Of a stretch of DNA of 60,460 bases, positions 1-9,085 are shown piece after piece. The number at the start of each line of letters is the position of its first letter. Position 1 is the stretch's first letter. This stretch comes from Galactobacter sp. (GTDB lineage Bacteria > Actinomycetota > Actinomycetes > Actinomycetales > Micrococcaceae). The DNA is taken from the NCBI RefSeq assembly GCF_022712295.1, contig NZ_JALAGT010000111.1, positions 1 through 60,460 on the forward strand. The letters are read 5' to 3'. The notes beneath the pieces were generated by a model. That model saw only the letters and a list, made by a program, of their open reading frames with translations. It was not told the origin of the DNA and ran no database searches. Both the position numbers and the translations under genes were made by a program.

Positions 1-1358
1 ATCTGCAGGAACGTGTGGACACCCAGGACACCCTCTTCGCCGCGCTCGCCCCCGCCGGCCCGGATGCCTCCACCCTCGCCGCCGAATACCGCCGCCAACT
101 CGCAGCCCGGTCACGAGCAACGGACGGCGCCCCCGCCCTCGACGGCCGCAGACTCTGGCTGCTGGCAGGCCTCGACTCGGCGGGCGCGCTCGCCGCCGCC
201 GAGATGCACCACACGGGCATTCCGTGGGATCGATCCACGCATGAGCGCATGCTGACCGAGGCCCTGGGGCAACGTGTCCCCGAGGGGCAACGTCCCGCCC
301 GCCTGGAGGCACTCACCAACAGCATCCGCACCTCCCTGGACGCGCCCCAGCTCAATCCGGACTCCCAGCCGGACCTGTTGCGGGCCCTGCACCGGGCCGG
401 GATCGAGGCCACCAGCACCCGGAAATCGGATCTGGAACAGCTTGCCCACCCGGTGATCGCGGACGTGTTGGAGTACCGAAAACTCGCCCGCCTGCATGCA
501 GCCAATGGTTGGGCCTGGCTCGACGCGTGGGTGAAGGACGGGCGCTTCCACCCCACTTACGATGTCGCCGCGGTGGTCTCCGGGCGTTGGGGCGGCCACG
601 GCGGCGGGGTACAGCAGCTGCCCAAGGAGATCCGCTCGGCCGTCCGGGCCGATCAGGGACACACCCTGGTGGTGGCGGACGCCTCGCAATTGGAGCCCCG
701 TGTGCTCTCCGCGGTGAGCGCCGACCGCGCCTTGGCGGCCGCCGGCGACGGTCACGATCTCTATCAGGGCATCGCGGACCTCGCCTTCGGCGGTGACCGA
801 AAGGTCGCCAAGGTCGCGATGCTCGGGGCCATGTATGGCGGCACCACCGGCATCTCCGCCCAGATGGCGCCCCGACTGGCTCACGCCTTCCCCACTGCAA
901 CCGCGTTCCTGGAGTCAGCGGCCCGCACGGGCGAACGCGGCGGCGTGGTCGCCACCTGGTTGGGCAGGGTCTCCCCGGCTCCGCGCGAAATGCCCGACGA
1001 CGCGGACGGCTCCCGCGGTTCCTCACCCGACGCGGGCGCCGCGCGCGCCAGATCTGCGGCACGGGCGCAGGGGCGCTTCACACGAAATTTCGTGGTGCAG
1101 GGCAGCGCCGCAGAGTGGGCGGCAGCGTGGCTGGCCACGCTGCGGACCCGACTGCATCGCGCCGTGCCGCAGGCACGGCAGGTGCTCTTCCTGCACGACG
1201 AGATCATGGTGCACACGCCCACTGAGTCCGTCGCGATCGTCGAACAGGTGATGAAGGACGCGGCCTCCGAGGCCTCCACACGGCTCTTCGGAGGCCTGCC
1301 TGTGCAGTTCCCCGTGGACGTGGGGCACGGCCAGGACTACGCCACGGCCAAGGGGTAG
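1..1358 (+). CDS. Family A DNA polymerase, actinobacterial second PolA ('bifunctional 3'-5' exonuclease/DNA polymerase' type); 5' end lies outside the window
   Basis: Motif A VVADASQLEPRVL, motif B RKVAKVAMLGAMYG, RNFVVQGSAAE and motif C LHDEI. The frame is open back to the window edge. Confidence 0.88.
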   Translation, partial: LQERVDTQDTLFAALAPAGPDASTLAAEYRRQLAARSRATDGAPALDGRRLWLLAGLDSAGALAAAEMHHTGIPWDRSTHERMLTEALGQRVPEGQRPARLEALTNSIRTSLDAPQLNPDSQPDLLRALHRAGIEATSTRKSDLEQLAHPVIADVLEYRKLARLHAANGWAWLDAWVKDGRFHPTYDVAAVVSGRWGGHGGGVQQLPKEIRSAVRADQGHTLVVADASQLEPRVLSAVSADRALAAAGDGHDLYQGIADLAFGGDRKVAKVAMLGAMYGGTTGISAQMAPRLAHAFPTATAFLESAARTGERGGVVATWLGRVSPAPREMPDDADGSRGSSPDAGAARARSAARAQGRFTRNFVVQGSAAEWAAAWLATLRTRLHRAVPQARQVLFLHDEIMVHTPTESVAIVEQVMKDAASEASTRLFGGLPVQFPVDVGHGQDYATAKG

Positions 1359-1363
1359 CCGCG

Positions 1364-2059
1364 TCAGAAGCCGGGCACGGGGAACTCCCGCTCCCGATCC
1401 CAGTCCTGGTCCCAGCCCAATTCGGTGAGCAGGGAGGAGACGATCCCGGCGGTGAACCCCCACAGCAGCCCCTGATCCAGCCGGAAGGCGTCCATCACGA
1501 GCGTCATCCCACGCCGCTGCAGGCGGGTGACGCCGCGGACGGCCGGGTCCACCAGATCCGCCACGGGAGCTCGGAACACCTGCGCGGACTCCCCCAGATC
1601 CACCACGCCGATCGGGCTCTGCCGCTCCCACCACCCCAACACCGGGGTGACAGCGAAGCGAGAGACGGTGGGGGCCTGCGGGAGGACCCCCAGGATTCTG
1701 ACTCCGTCCGGATCCAGACCGGTCTCTTCCTCCGCCTCCCTCAGTGCCGTGGCGACCACGTCAGCATCGCCCGGATCCGCGCCTCCGCCGGGGAAGGCGA
1801 TCTCTCCGGCGTGATGGCGCAGGGTGTCGGCGCGCAGGACCAGCAGCAGGTCGAGGTCTTCCGGCACCACGCCCGGTCTGTTCGTCTTGGCCGGAACGTC
1901 GTCCAGCACGCCGAAGAGCACCAGTACCGAGGCCGAGCGCAACCCTTCATGCCCGGAGGTTGCCGGCCGCATCCGTTTGGCGTAGCCAGGCGTTCGGGCG
2001 GGGTCCTCCCGGTAGGACCTGGCCAGTCTCGTCAGGTCAGCCAGCGCGTCCACGCTCAT
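1364..2059 (-). CDS. NUDIX hydrolase, CoA pyrophosphatase family
   Basis: LRHHAGEIAFPGG followed by the Nudix box ...TALREAEEETG, plus LWGFTA. Overlaps the nth stop codon. Confidence 0.9.
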   Translation of the reverse strand: MSVDALADLTRLARSYREDPARTPGYAKRMRPATSGHEGLRSASVLVLFGVLDDVPAKTNRPGVVPEDLDLLLVLRADTLRHHAGEIAFPGGGADPGDADVVATALREAEEETGLDPDGVRILGVLPQAPTVSRFAVTPVLGWWERQSPIGVVDLGESAQVFRAPVADLVDPAVRGVTRLQRRGMTLVMDAFRLDQGLLWGFTAGIVSSLLTELGWDQDWDREREFPVPGF

Positions 2060-2880
2060 GCGCCGAGTCCGTAACCGAGGGCTCTCAGCTCCCGACGGGT
2101 GTGACCCTCCACCATGAGCCGATGCAGCTCCTCACGACCGGGCGCCAACTCGTACTTCAGCAACGTCCTGGCGGTCTCAGGGTCGGTCTCCCCAGCCCCG
2201 TACGACGGGCAGAGGTCGGCGATGGGGCACACACCGCAAGCCGGCTTCTTCGCGTGGCAGATCCGGCGACCGTGGAAGATCAGGTGGTGCGAGAGCATGG
2301 TCCAGTCACGTGGTTCGAAGAGGTCCGCGATCTCCTCCTCCACCTTCACCGGGTCTGTCTGCTCGGTCCACGCGAAGCGACGGGCCAGCCGCCCGAAGTG
2401 CGTGTCCACCGTGAGCCCGGGGCGCCCGAAGGCGTTACCGAGCACCACGAAGGCCGTCTTCCGCCCGACGCCGGGCAGGGTCACCAGGTAGTCCAGCTCC
2501 TCGGGAACCTCACCGTCCCGCTCCGCGACCAGGCGACGGGAGAGCTCCTGGATGTTGGCCGCCTTGGTCTTGTAGAACCCGGTGGGCCGCACCACGTCCA
2601 TGACCTGATCCGCCGGGGCCGCGGCGAGGGCCACCGCATCGGGCCAGCGGGAGAAGAGCAGCGGGGTGACCTGATTGACCTTGACGTCCGTGGTCTGTGC
2701 GGAGAGCACGGTGGCCACCAACAATTCGAAGGGGTTCCCGAAATCGAGCTCGGGCACCGCATACGGGTAGGTGTCCGCCAGGACCCGATCCATCTTCCGT
2801 GCCCGGCGTTTACGCCCCAGGTGCGTTTCGGTGGCGTACTTCTTCGCGGCGCGTTGGTCCGGGGTGAGGCGTGCGGGCAT
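2056..2880 (-). CDS. nth: Endonuclease III
   Basis: LLVATVLSAQTTD, HhH motif LPGVGRKTA, VDTH and Fe-S motif CHAKKPACGVCPIADLC. Start placed at ATG 2880, 7 nt after a TAGACT -10 box. Confidence 0.95.
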   Translation of the reverse strand: MPARLTPDQRAAKKYATETHLGRKRRARKMDRVLADTYPYAVPELDFGNPFELLVATVLSAQTTDVKVNQVTPLLFSRWPDAVALAAAPADQVMDVVRPTGFYKTKAANIQELSRRLVAERDGEVPEELDYLVTLPGVGRKTAFVVLGNAFGRPGLTVDTHFGRLARRFAWTEQTDPVKVEEEIADLFEPRDWTMLSHHLIFHGRRICHAKKPACGVCPIADLCPSYGAGETDPETARTLLKYELAPGREELHRLMVEGHTRRELRALGYGLGA

Positions 2881-2958
2881 GCGTCCCAGTCTACGAGGGC
2901 CGTTCAACGCGCCAGGGGCACCGCTCACCGACCCGCGCCGCCCAGGAAAGGCCCAGCG

Positions 2959-3007
2959 TGTCCTTCGCATCACATCTGCAACCTTCATGGATGTAACCTG
3001 ACTCACA
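2959..3007. promoter_or_regulatory. Two putative CRP/GlxR sites upstream of acs
   Basis: TGTCC-TTCGCA-TCACA (2959-2974) and TGTAA-CCTGAC-TCACA (2992-3007), versus consensus TGTGA-N6-TCACA. Confidence 0.6.
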
Positions 3008-3059
3008 AGAAGGAATCACGCACGTGTTCCCACATCGACAACGACGTCTGGAAGGACCC

Positions 3060-5057
3060 ATGGCAGAGAACCCCACCCTGGACAACCTGCTCCACGAAAA
3101 CCGCACGTTCCCCCCGTCGGCCGAATTCGCAGCCAACGCCGTGGCGAAGGCGGACCTGTACCAGAGGGCCTCGGAGGACCGCCTCGGATACTGGGCGGAC
3201 CGCGCACACGAGGCCGTCACGTGGGACACCGATTTCACGCAGGTGCTGGACGACTCGGAGGCACCCTTCTACAAGTGGTTCGCCGACGGCAAGCTCAACG
3301 CCGCCTACAACGCTCTGGACCGCCACGTCGAGGCAGGCAACGGCGACCGCGTTGCCATCTACTTCGAGGGCGAACCAGGCGACACCGTCACCTACACCTA
3401 CTCCGAGCTCACGATCGCCGTGAAGCAGGCGGCCAACGCCTTCCTCTCCCTGGGCGTGAGCACCGGCGACCGCGTCGCCGTGTACCTGCCCATGATCCCC
3501 GAGGCCGTCATTACCATGTTGGCGTGTGCCCGCATCGGCGCCGTGCACTCCGTGGTCTTCGGCGGCTTCTCCGCGGACGCCCTTCGCCAGCGCATCGACG
3601 ACGCCGAGGCCAAGCTCGTGGTCACCGCAGACGGAACCTGGCGCCGCACCAAGCCCTCCTCCCTCAAGCCCGCCGTCGACGCGGCGCTCTCCGCCCCCGG
3701 CCACACGGTGAACAACGTCCTGGTGGTCAAGCGCAACGGGCAGGACGTGACCTGGAACGACGACCTGGACAAGTGGTGGCACGACGTGGTCCCCGCTCAG
3801 AGCAAGGACCACACACCGGAGGCCTTCGAGGCCGAGCACCCGCTGTTCATCCTCTACACCTCCGGAACCACGGGAAAGCCCAAGGGCATCCTGCACACCA
3901 CCGGCGGCTACGTGGTCCAGACCGCGGTGACGCACAAGGACTCCTTCGACCTGCACCCGGAATCAGACGTGTACTGGTGCACAGCGGACGTCGGCTGGGT
4001 CACGGGCCACTCCTACATCACCTACGGCCCGCTCGTGAACGGCTCCACGGTGCTGCTCTACGAGGGCACCCCGGACACGCCGGACAAGGACCGCTGGTGG
4101 GACCTCGTGGAGAAGTACAAGGTCACCATCATGTACACCGCCCCCACGGCCATCCGTGCGGCCATGAAGTGGGGTCGCGAACACGCTGACAAGCACGATC
4201 TGTCCTCGCTGCGCGTGCTCGGGTCCGTGGGTGAGCCCATCAACCCGGAGGCCTGGATCTGGTACCGCGAGGTGATCGGCGCCAACGCCGGGGCCGGCAC
4301 CGACGGCGAGCCCGGTCCCCGAAAGGAGAACCCGGCGCCCATCGTGGACACGTGGTGGCAGACGGAGACCGGCGCGCACATGATCGCCCCTCTCCCCGGC
4401 GTCACCAACGCCAAGCCCGGTTCCGCACAGGTCGCCGTACCCGGCATCAGCGTGGACGTCGTGGACAACGACGGCAACTCCGTGGGAGACGGCGAGGGCG
4501 GCCTGCTGGTCATCCGCGAGCCGTGGCCGTCCATGTTGCGCGGGATCTGGGGCAACCCCGAGCGCTACAAGGAGACCTACTGGTCCCGCTTCGAGAACAT
4601 GTACTTCGCAGGCGACGGCGCCAAGAAGGATGAGGACGGCGACATCTGGCTGCTCGGTCGTGTGGACGACGTCATGAACGTGTCCGGCCACCGCCTCTCC
4701 ACCACGGAGATCGAATCCGCACTGGTCTCCCACGAGTCGGTCGCCGAGGCCGCCGTCGTGGGCGCCCGTGATGAGACCACGGGTGAGGCTGTGGTCGCCT
4801 TCGTGATCCTGCGCGGCGAGCCAGGGGACTGGCCCGACGACATCAACGAGACCCTGCGTCTGCACGTGGGTAAGCAGATCGGCCCCATCGCCAAGCCCAA
4901 GGCCGTGTTCCCGGTTCCGGAGCTGCCCAAGACCCGCTCCGGAAAGATCATGCGCCGCCTGCTCAAGGATGTCGCAGAGGGCCGTCCGGCCGGCGACTCC
5001 TCCACGCTGGCGGACACCACCGTCATGGATCAGATCGCCAAGACCATGAGTTCATGA
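3060..5057 (+). CDS. acs: Acetyl-CoA synthetase
   Basis: YTSGTTGKPKG, DTWWQTETG, GRVDDVMNVSGHRL and the acetyl-lysine motif LPKTRSGKIMRR. SD GAAGGA precedes ATG 3060. Confidence 0.97.
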   Translation: MAENPTLDNLLHENRTFPPSAEFAANAVAKADLYQRASEDRLGYWADRAHEAVTWDTDFTQVLDDSEAPFYKWFADGKLNAAYNALDRHVEAGNGDRVAIYFEGEPGDTVTYTYSELTIAVKQAANAFLSLGVSTGDRVAVYLPMIPEAVITMLACARIGAVHSVVFGGFSADALRQRIDDAEAKLVVTADGTWRRTKPSSLKPAVDAALSAPGHTVNNVLVVKRNGQDVTWNDDLDKWWHDVVPAQSKDHTPEAFEAEHPLFILYTSGTTGKPKGILHTTGGYVVQTAVTHKDSFDLHPESDVYWCTADVGWVTGHSYITYGPLVNGSTVLLYEGTPDTPDKDRWWDLVEKYKVTIMYTAPTAIRAAMKWGREHADKHDLSSLRVLGSVGEPINPEAWIWYREVIGANAGAGTDGEPGPRKENPAPIVDTWWQTETGAHMIAPLPGVTNAKPGSAQVAVPGISVDVVDNDGNSVGDGEGGLLVIREPWPSMLRGIWGNPERYKETYWSRFENMYFAGDGAKKDEDGDIWLLGRVDDVMNVSGHRLSTTEIESALVSHESVAEAAVVGARDETTGEAVVAFVILRGEPGDWPDDINETLRLHVGKQIGPIAKPKAVFPVPELPKTRSGKIMRRLLKDVAEGRPAGDSSTLADTTVMDQIAKTMSS

Positions 5058-5085
5058 GGTGCGGGGCCTTGAGGCCCCGTTCCGA

Positions 5086-5137
5086 GCCCGACGGCCGGCG
5101 CCCTACCAGCGGTAGGCGCGCCGGCCGTCGGGCCTTT
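5086..5137. terminator. Hairpin between convergent acs and marP
   Basis: GCCCGACGGCCGGCGC...GCGCCGGCCGTCGGGC inverted repeat followed by CTTT. Confidence 0.8.
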
Positions 5138-5150
5138 GTACGTCAGGAGG

Positions 5151-6338
5151 TCAGTGGACCTGGCACTGACCGGTGTCCACCGCCGACTCGAGGCTCTCCG
5201 CACGGTCAGCCACTCGCTTGAATTCGTGGGTGCTGAGGGCGTACCCCACGTCCTTCTTGTCAGCTGCCCTGGCGAAGACCAGGCCCTGGACCCGGCCGGA
5301 AGCGTCCAGCAGCGGCCCGCCGGAGTTGCCCTGCTCAACGTCGGCGGCGAGCTGGTAGACCTCGAGCGTGGACTCCGATTCCCCGTAGATGTCCGGGACG
5401 CTCACTCCATGCAGCGACTGCACAGCGGCGGGCAGGGAGGAGAACGGGCCGCCGCCGGGGTACCCCATGAACACGCCGGTGTCCCCCACCGCCATCCCAC
5501 GCCCCATGGGCAGGGCAGGCAGATCCAGACCGTCCACGGCGATCACCGCGACGTCACGGACCGGGTCGAAACTCACGACCTTCCCGGTCAACGCCCGACC
5601 GTCCTCCGTCTCGATCACAGGCTTCTCCACGCCCTGCACCACATGGGCATTGGTGACCACCCTGTCCTCTGCCACGACGAAGGAGGATCCGGTCTGGTTG
5701 ACGCCGCATGCCACCGCGGTACCCGTCACCCGAGCCACCGAGTCGCGAGATTCGTCGATCTCCTGGCCTTCGGCCTCCTCCGACGGCACCGCCACGTCCT
5801 CGGTGGGCGCCAGTGGGACCAACAAGGAAGGCAGGTCCACGCCACCCACCACGCTGCGAGCCTCACCGAGGATCCTCTGCGCCCCCGGCGGCGTGAACGT
5901 GCGCGCCATCGACACGATCTTGGAATCGGCGATCTGCGAGGAAACCGTGGGAAGACCCAGCGGGGTGAAGGTGAAGGACAGTGCTGCGATGGCGACCAGG
6001 GACATCCCCGCGTGGACCATGGCGCCGGCCGTACGCCCCCACCAGCGAGGCCGCGGACGGTCCAACCAGCCGCGGATCGTGGACGCCAGCGCCTCGCCCG
6101 CGCCGTGACCCAGCGTCATCAGGACGATGAAGGCGGCCACCAGACCGGCGACACGCCAGCCGGGGTGGGGAACCCAAATTGACACGAGCGGCACCGCGAA
6201 GAAGGCGGTGACCGTACCGGCCACCATGCCGATGACCCCGCCCAAGGAGACCACGAAGGACTTGCGCCACCCGGAGAATCCGTACAGGACCACGACGACG
6301 AGCAGCACGTAGTCCAGGATGTTCAAGCCGAGGAACAC
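5151..6338 (-). CDS. marP: MarP-family membrane serine protease (CvpA-like TM region plus trypsin domain)
   Basis: Four N-terminal TM segments, TNAHVV, DVAVI and GNSGGP, with Cys residues at both ends of the protease domain. Confidence 0.88.
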   Translation of the reverse strand: MFLGLNILDYVLLVVVVLYGFSGWRKSFVVSLGGVIGMVAGTVTAFFAVPLVSIWVPHPGWRVAGLVAAFIVLMTLGHGAGEALASTIRGWLDRPRPRWWGRTAGAMVHAGMSLVAIAALSFTFTPLGLPTVSSQIADSKIVSMARTFTPPGAQRILGEARSVVGGVDLPSLLVPLAPTEDVAVPSEEAEGQEIDESRDSVARVTGTAVACGVNQTGSSFVVAEDRVVTNAHVVQGVEKPVIETEDGRALTGKVVSFDPVRDVAVIAVDGLDLPALPMGRGMAVGDTGVFMGYPGGGPFSSLPAAVQSLHGVSVPDIYGESESTLEVYQLAADVEQGNSGGPLLDASGRVQGLVFARAADKKDVGYALSTHEFKRVADRAESLESAVDTGQCQVH

Positions 6339-6488
6339 TGTGCGGATCGTCCCCTTGTCGCGTCGTCAAAACCCCAGGTCAACGGACCAAGGCGTGTAGC
6401 CGTTGTGACGGCCAGGAGGTGCTCGCACTAGTCTATCCAGTGGGCTCTGTTCCCAGCATTCCGTAATGAACGCCACGCGGAAAGACGT

Positions 6489-6504
6489 TGTGGGGGTCGT
6501 CACA
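6489..6504. promoter_or_regulatory. Putative CRP/GlxR site in the marP-crp divergent region
   Basis: TGTGG-GGGTCG-TCACA, 9/10 match to consensus. Confidence 0.6.
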
Positions 6505-6564
6505 AGTGCAGACATGCGGCACAATGGGCTGCGAATACCAATCGATTTTTTGAACAGGAGCATC

Positions 6565-7242
6565 ATGGATATCGAGGTCCTGCGGCGAGCACCGCTGTTC
6601 GTTCACCTCAGTGACGAGGCCTTCAGCGTCTTGACGGACGAACTGACCGAAGTGGACCTCTCCCGCGGAGCTTCCCTGTTCCACGAGGGCGATCAGGGCG
6701 ATCAGCTGTACGTGATCGTGTCCGGCAAGATCAAGCTGGGCCGCACTTCTTCCGACGGCCGCGAGAACCTTCTCGCGATCCTCGGCCCCGGCGAGCTCTT
6801 CGGCGAGATGGCACTCTTCGACCCGTCACCGCGTAACGCGACCGCCACCGCCGTCTCCGAGACACGCCTGGCCGGCCTGCGCCACGAGAACCTGCGCAAG
6901 GCCATCCAGTCCTCACCGGACCTGTCCGTGCAGTTGCTGCAGGCTCTGGCCCACCGTCTGCGCCGCACCAACGACTCCTTGGCCGATCTGGTCTTCTCGG
7001 ACGTCCCCGGCCGCGTCGCCAAGGCGCTGCTGGACCTCGCGGACCGTTTCGGTCGGCCCACCACCGATGGCATCCTGGTGCCCCACGAGCTCACGCAGGA
7101 GGAACTCGCCCAGCTGGTCGGCGCATCGCGAGAGACCGTGAACAAGGCCCTGGCCGATTTTGTTCAGCGTGGTTGGTTGCGGCTCGAGGCCCGTGCCGTG
7201 GTCATCCTGGATCTCAACCGTCTGCGCCAGCGTTCCCGCTGA
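6565..7242 (+). CDS. crp: Crp/Fnr family cAMP-binding regulator (CRP/GlxR orthologue)
   Basis: cNMP domain FGEMALFDPSPRNATA and HTH LTQEELAQLVGASRETVNKAL. SD AGGAG precedes ATG 6565. Confidence 0.95.
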   Translation: MDIEVLRRAPLFVHLSDEAFSVLTDELTEVDLSRGASLFHEGDQGDQLYVIVSGKIKLGRTSSDGRENLLAILGPGELFGEMALFDPSPRNATATAVSETRLAGLRHENLRKAIQSSPDLSVQLLQALAHRLRRTNDSLADLVFSDVPGRVAKALLDLADRFGRPTTDGILVPHELTQEELAQLVGASRETVNKALADFVQRGWLRLEARAVVILDLNRLRQRSR

Positions 7243-7255
7243 GCGCCGCAGGCAC

Positions 7256-7291
7256 AAGGGCCCCTACCGCCTCATGGCGGTAGGGGCCCTT
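7256..7291. terminator. Bidirectional intrinsic terminator
   Basis: Perfect 16-bp stem AAGGGCCCCTACCGCC/GGCGGTAGGGGCCCTT with a 4-nt loop, between convergent genes. Confidence 0.85.
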
Positions 7292-7311
7292 TGCTCATGC
7301 CGGAGGGAGAA

Positions 7312-8211
7312 TCAGCGGGCCTTCGCGACCCCGCCGCCTTCGGCGGCCTCGACCGTGGTGACGTCCAACCACAGCCCGTCGCCTTCAGTCACCAGTTCCG
7401 GCTTGTAGGTGCTCAGCGGCCGATTCGAGGAGAGGTAGGCCACGCAACCGCGAGTGCGTTGAAGTTTGCTCAGGAAGACCTGGGTGGCCGGGGTGGCGAG
7501 ACCGGAGAGCGGGATGCCCTCGGTATCGGCAGACCCGATTTCCTCGCCCAGCCCGGTGGAGTCCGGAGCCGCTACCGGCTCCTTGACGCCGACCCAGCGG
7601 CCCCAGCGGGACTCACCGCGCTCACCGGACATCGGTGTGGACTGCTGGCCCGTGGGCAGCGCCGCCGCGAAGTACCAGGTGTCGAAGCGGAAGAGCTCGT
7701 AGTCGGCGGAGATCCACCGACCCAATGGCTTCAGGAGGTCGCTGCGGACACCCCATCCCCTGCGCTCCAGGAACTCTGCGAATCCGAGGTCGCCGTCGGC
7801 CAGTTGCTTGCGGGCGGATTGCATCTCGTCCGCAGGGGCGTCTTCCACCAGGGACAGATCGTCGGGCCCGGCCAGCAGGACGCCGGTGGCTTCGAAGAGT
7901 TCCCGCACGGCAGCGACCACCCGCCGCCTGGCTTCCACGAAGTCCGTGAACCCCAGTCGTGCGGCCCACTGGGTGGGCGTGGGACCGAACCACAGGGGCG
8001 CTGCGTCATCCTGCGCAGTGGATGATCCCCCCGGAAAAGACACAAGACCCAGCGGCGAGCGGGTGCTGCGCTGGCCCAGCCAGGTCTGCAGTCCATCGGG
8101 AGAATCCCTGATCAGGACGACCACTGCAGCTGCTCTGGGGTGACGAGGGGGACGTGGTGCGGCGGACTCGTCCAGCCACGCCCTTGCGGCGTCCTGACGC
8201 GAGGCAGGCAC
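7312..8211 (-). CDS. NUDIX hydrolase (Nudt19-like, actinobacterial)
   Basis: FPGG...AAVRELFEATGVLLA and RFDTWYF. Start is uncertain; GTG 8211 has GGAGG upstream. Confidence 0.8.
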   Translation of the reverse strand: MPASRQDAARAWLDESAAPRPPRHPRAAAVVVLIRDSPDGLQTWLGQRSTRSPLGLVSFPGGSSTAQDDAAPLWFGPTPTQWAARLGFTDFVEARRRVVAAVRELFEATGVLLAGPDDLSLVEDAPADEMQSARKQLADGDLGFAEFLERRGWGVRSDLLKPLGRWISADYELFRFDTWYFAAALPTGQQSTPMSGERGESRWGRWVGVKEPVAAPDSTGLGEEIGSADTEGIPLSGLATPATQVFLSKLQRTRGCVAYLSSNRPLSTYKPELVTEGDGLWLDVTTVEAAEGGGVAKAR

Positions 8212-8323
8212 GGGAAAGAGCCTCCGCAGCAGACCCGTGGGCGCAGCAGGACGCTGCGCCCGGGAGGACTCCGCTCCGGAGGCGGCCCAGGTGCGACTTC
8301 CCCAGCGGCGCCCCGCCTCAGGG

Positions 8324-8797
8324 TCAGGCGTAGGCCAGGACAAGTTCCACTTCCACAGGCGCGTCCATGGGCAGCACTGCCACGCCCACGGCGGAGCGTG
8401 CGTGCACACCGGCATCCCCGAAAATCTGACCGAGAAGCTCCGACGTGCCGTTGATCACGCCCGGCTGCCCCGTGAAATCGGTAGCGGAGGCAACGAAGCC
8501 GACCACCTTCACCACGCGGGTGACGCGGTCGAGGTCACCGAGCACGCTCTTGGCGGCGGCGAGAGCGTTGATGGCCGAGATCTGTGCAAGCTCCTTGGCC
8601 TGTTCCGCGGTGACCGTGTCCCCGACCTTTCCCGTCACGCTGAGTTCGCCGTTGACCGAGGGCAATTGCCCCGAGGTGTAGACGAGGCCTTCATGGGCCA
8701 ACGCAGGCGTGTAGGCGGCCAGCGGCTTGGCGACATCCGGCAGGGTCAGACCGAGTTCGGCCAGACGTGCCTCGACGCGGCTGGAGGATTCAGACAT
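8324..8797 (-). CDS. RidA/YjgF family protein
   Basis: VYTSGQLP, KVVGFVAS and HARSAVGVAVLP...VEVE. Confidence 0.93.
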   Translation of the reverse strand: MSESSSRVEARLAELGLTLPDVAKPLAAYTPALAHEGLVYTSGQLPSVNGELSVTGKVGDTVTAEQAKELAQISAINALAAAKSVLGDLDRVTRVVKVVGFVASATDFTGQPGVINGTSELLGQIFGDAGVHARSAVGVAVLPMDAPVEVELVLAYA

Positions 8798-8830
8798 GAG
8801 GGTTCCTGTTCTTTCTCGAGTGGATGAGGG

Positions 8831-9031
8831 TCAGTCGAGGGGGCGCTTCAGGTACGCCACCAGGTTCACGTTCGGGGCCTGAACCATCTCCGAACCGGTC
8901 ATACTCGGTCCGCCTGCCGACGGCATGGTGAGCACCTGAACGAGTTCCCAACCGTCTTGGCCCCAGTTGTCAAGGATCTGCTTGGTTGCATGCACCATGA
9001 GCGGCACAGTGGCGTATTCCCATTTCGTCAT
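8831..9031 (-). CDS. DUF4177 small protein
   Basis: MTKWEYATVPLMVHATKQILDNWGQDGWELVQV...VAYLKRP. TAGGCT lies 7 nt upstream of the ATG. Confidence 0.88.
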   Translation of the reverse strand: MTKWEYATVPLMVHATKQILDNWGQDGWELVQVLTMPSAGGPSMTGSEMVQAPNVNLVAYLKRPLD

Positions 9032-9085
9032 GGGGTTCAGCCTAGCTTCAGGATGAGTACAGAGTCCCCTTGTAGACTCACCACC

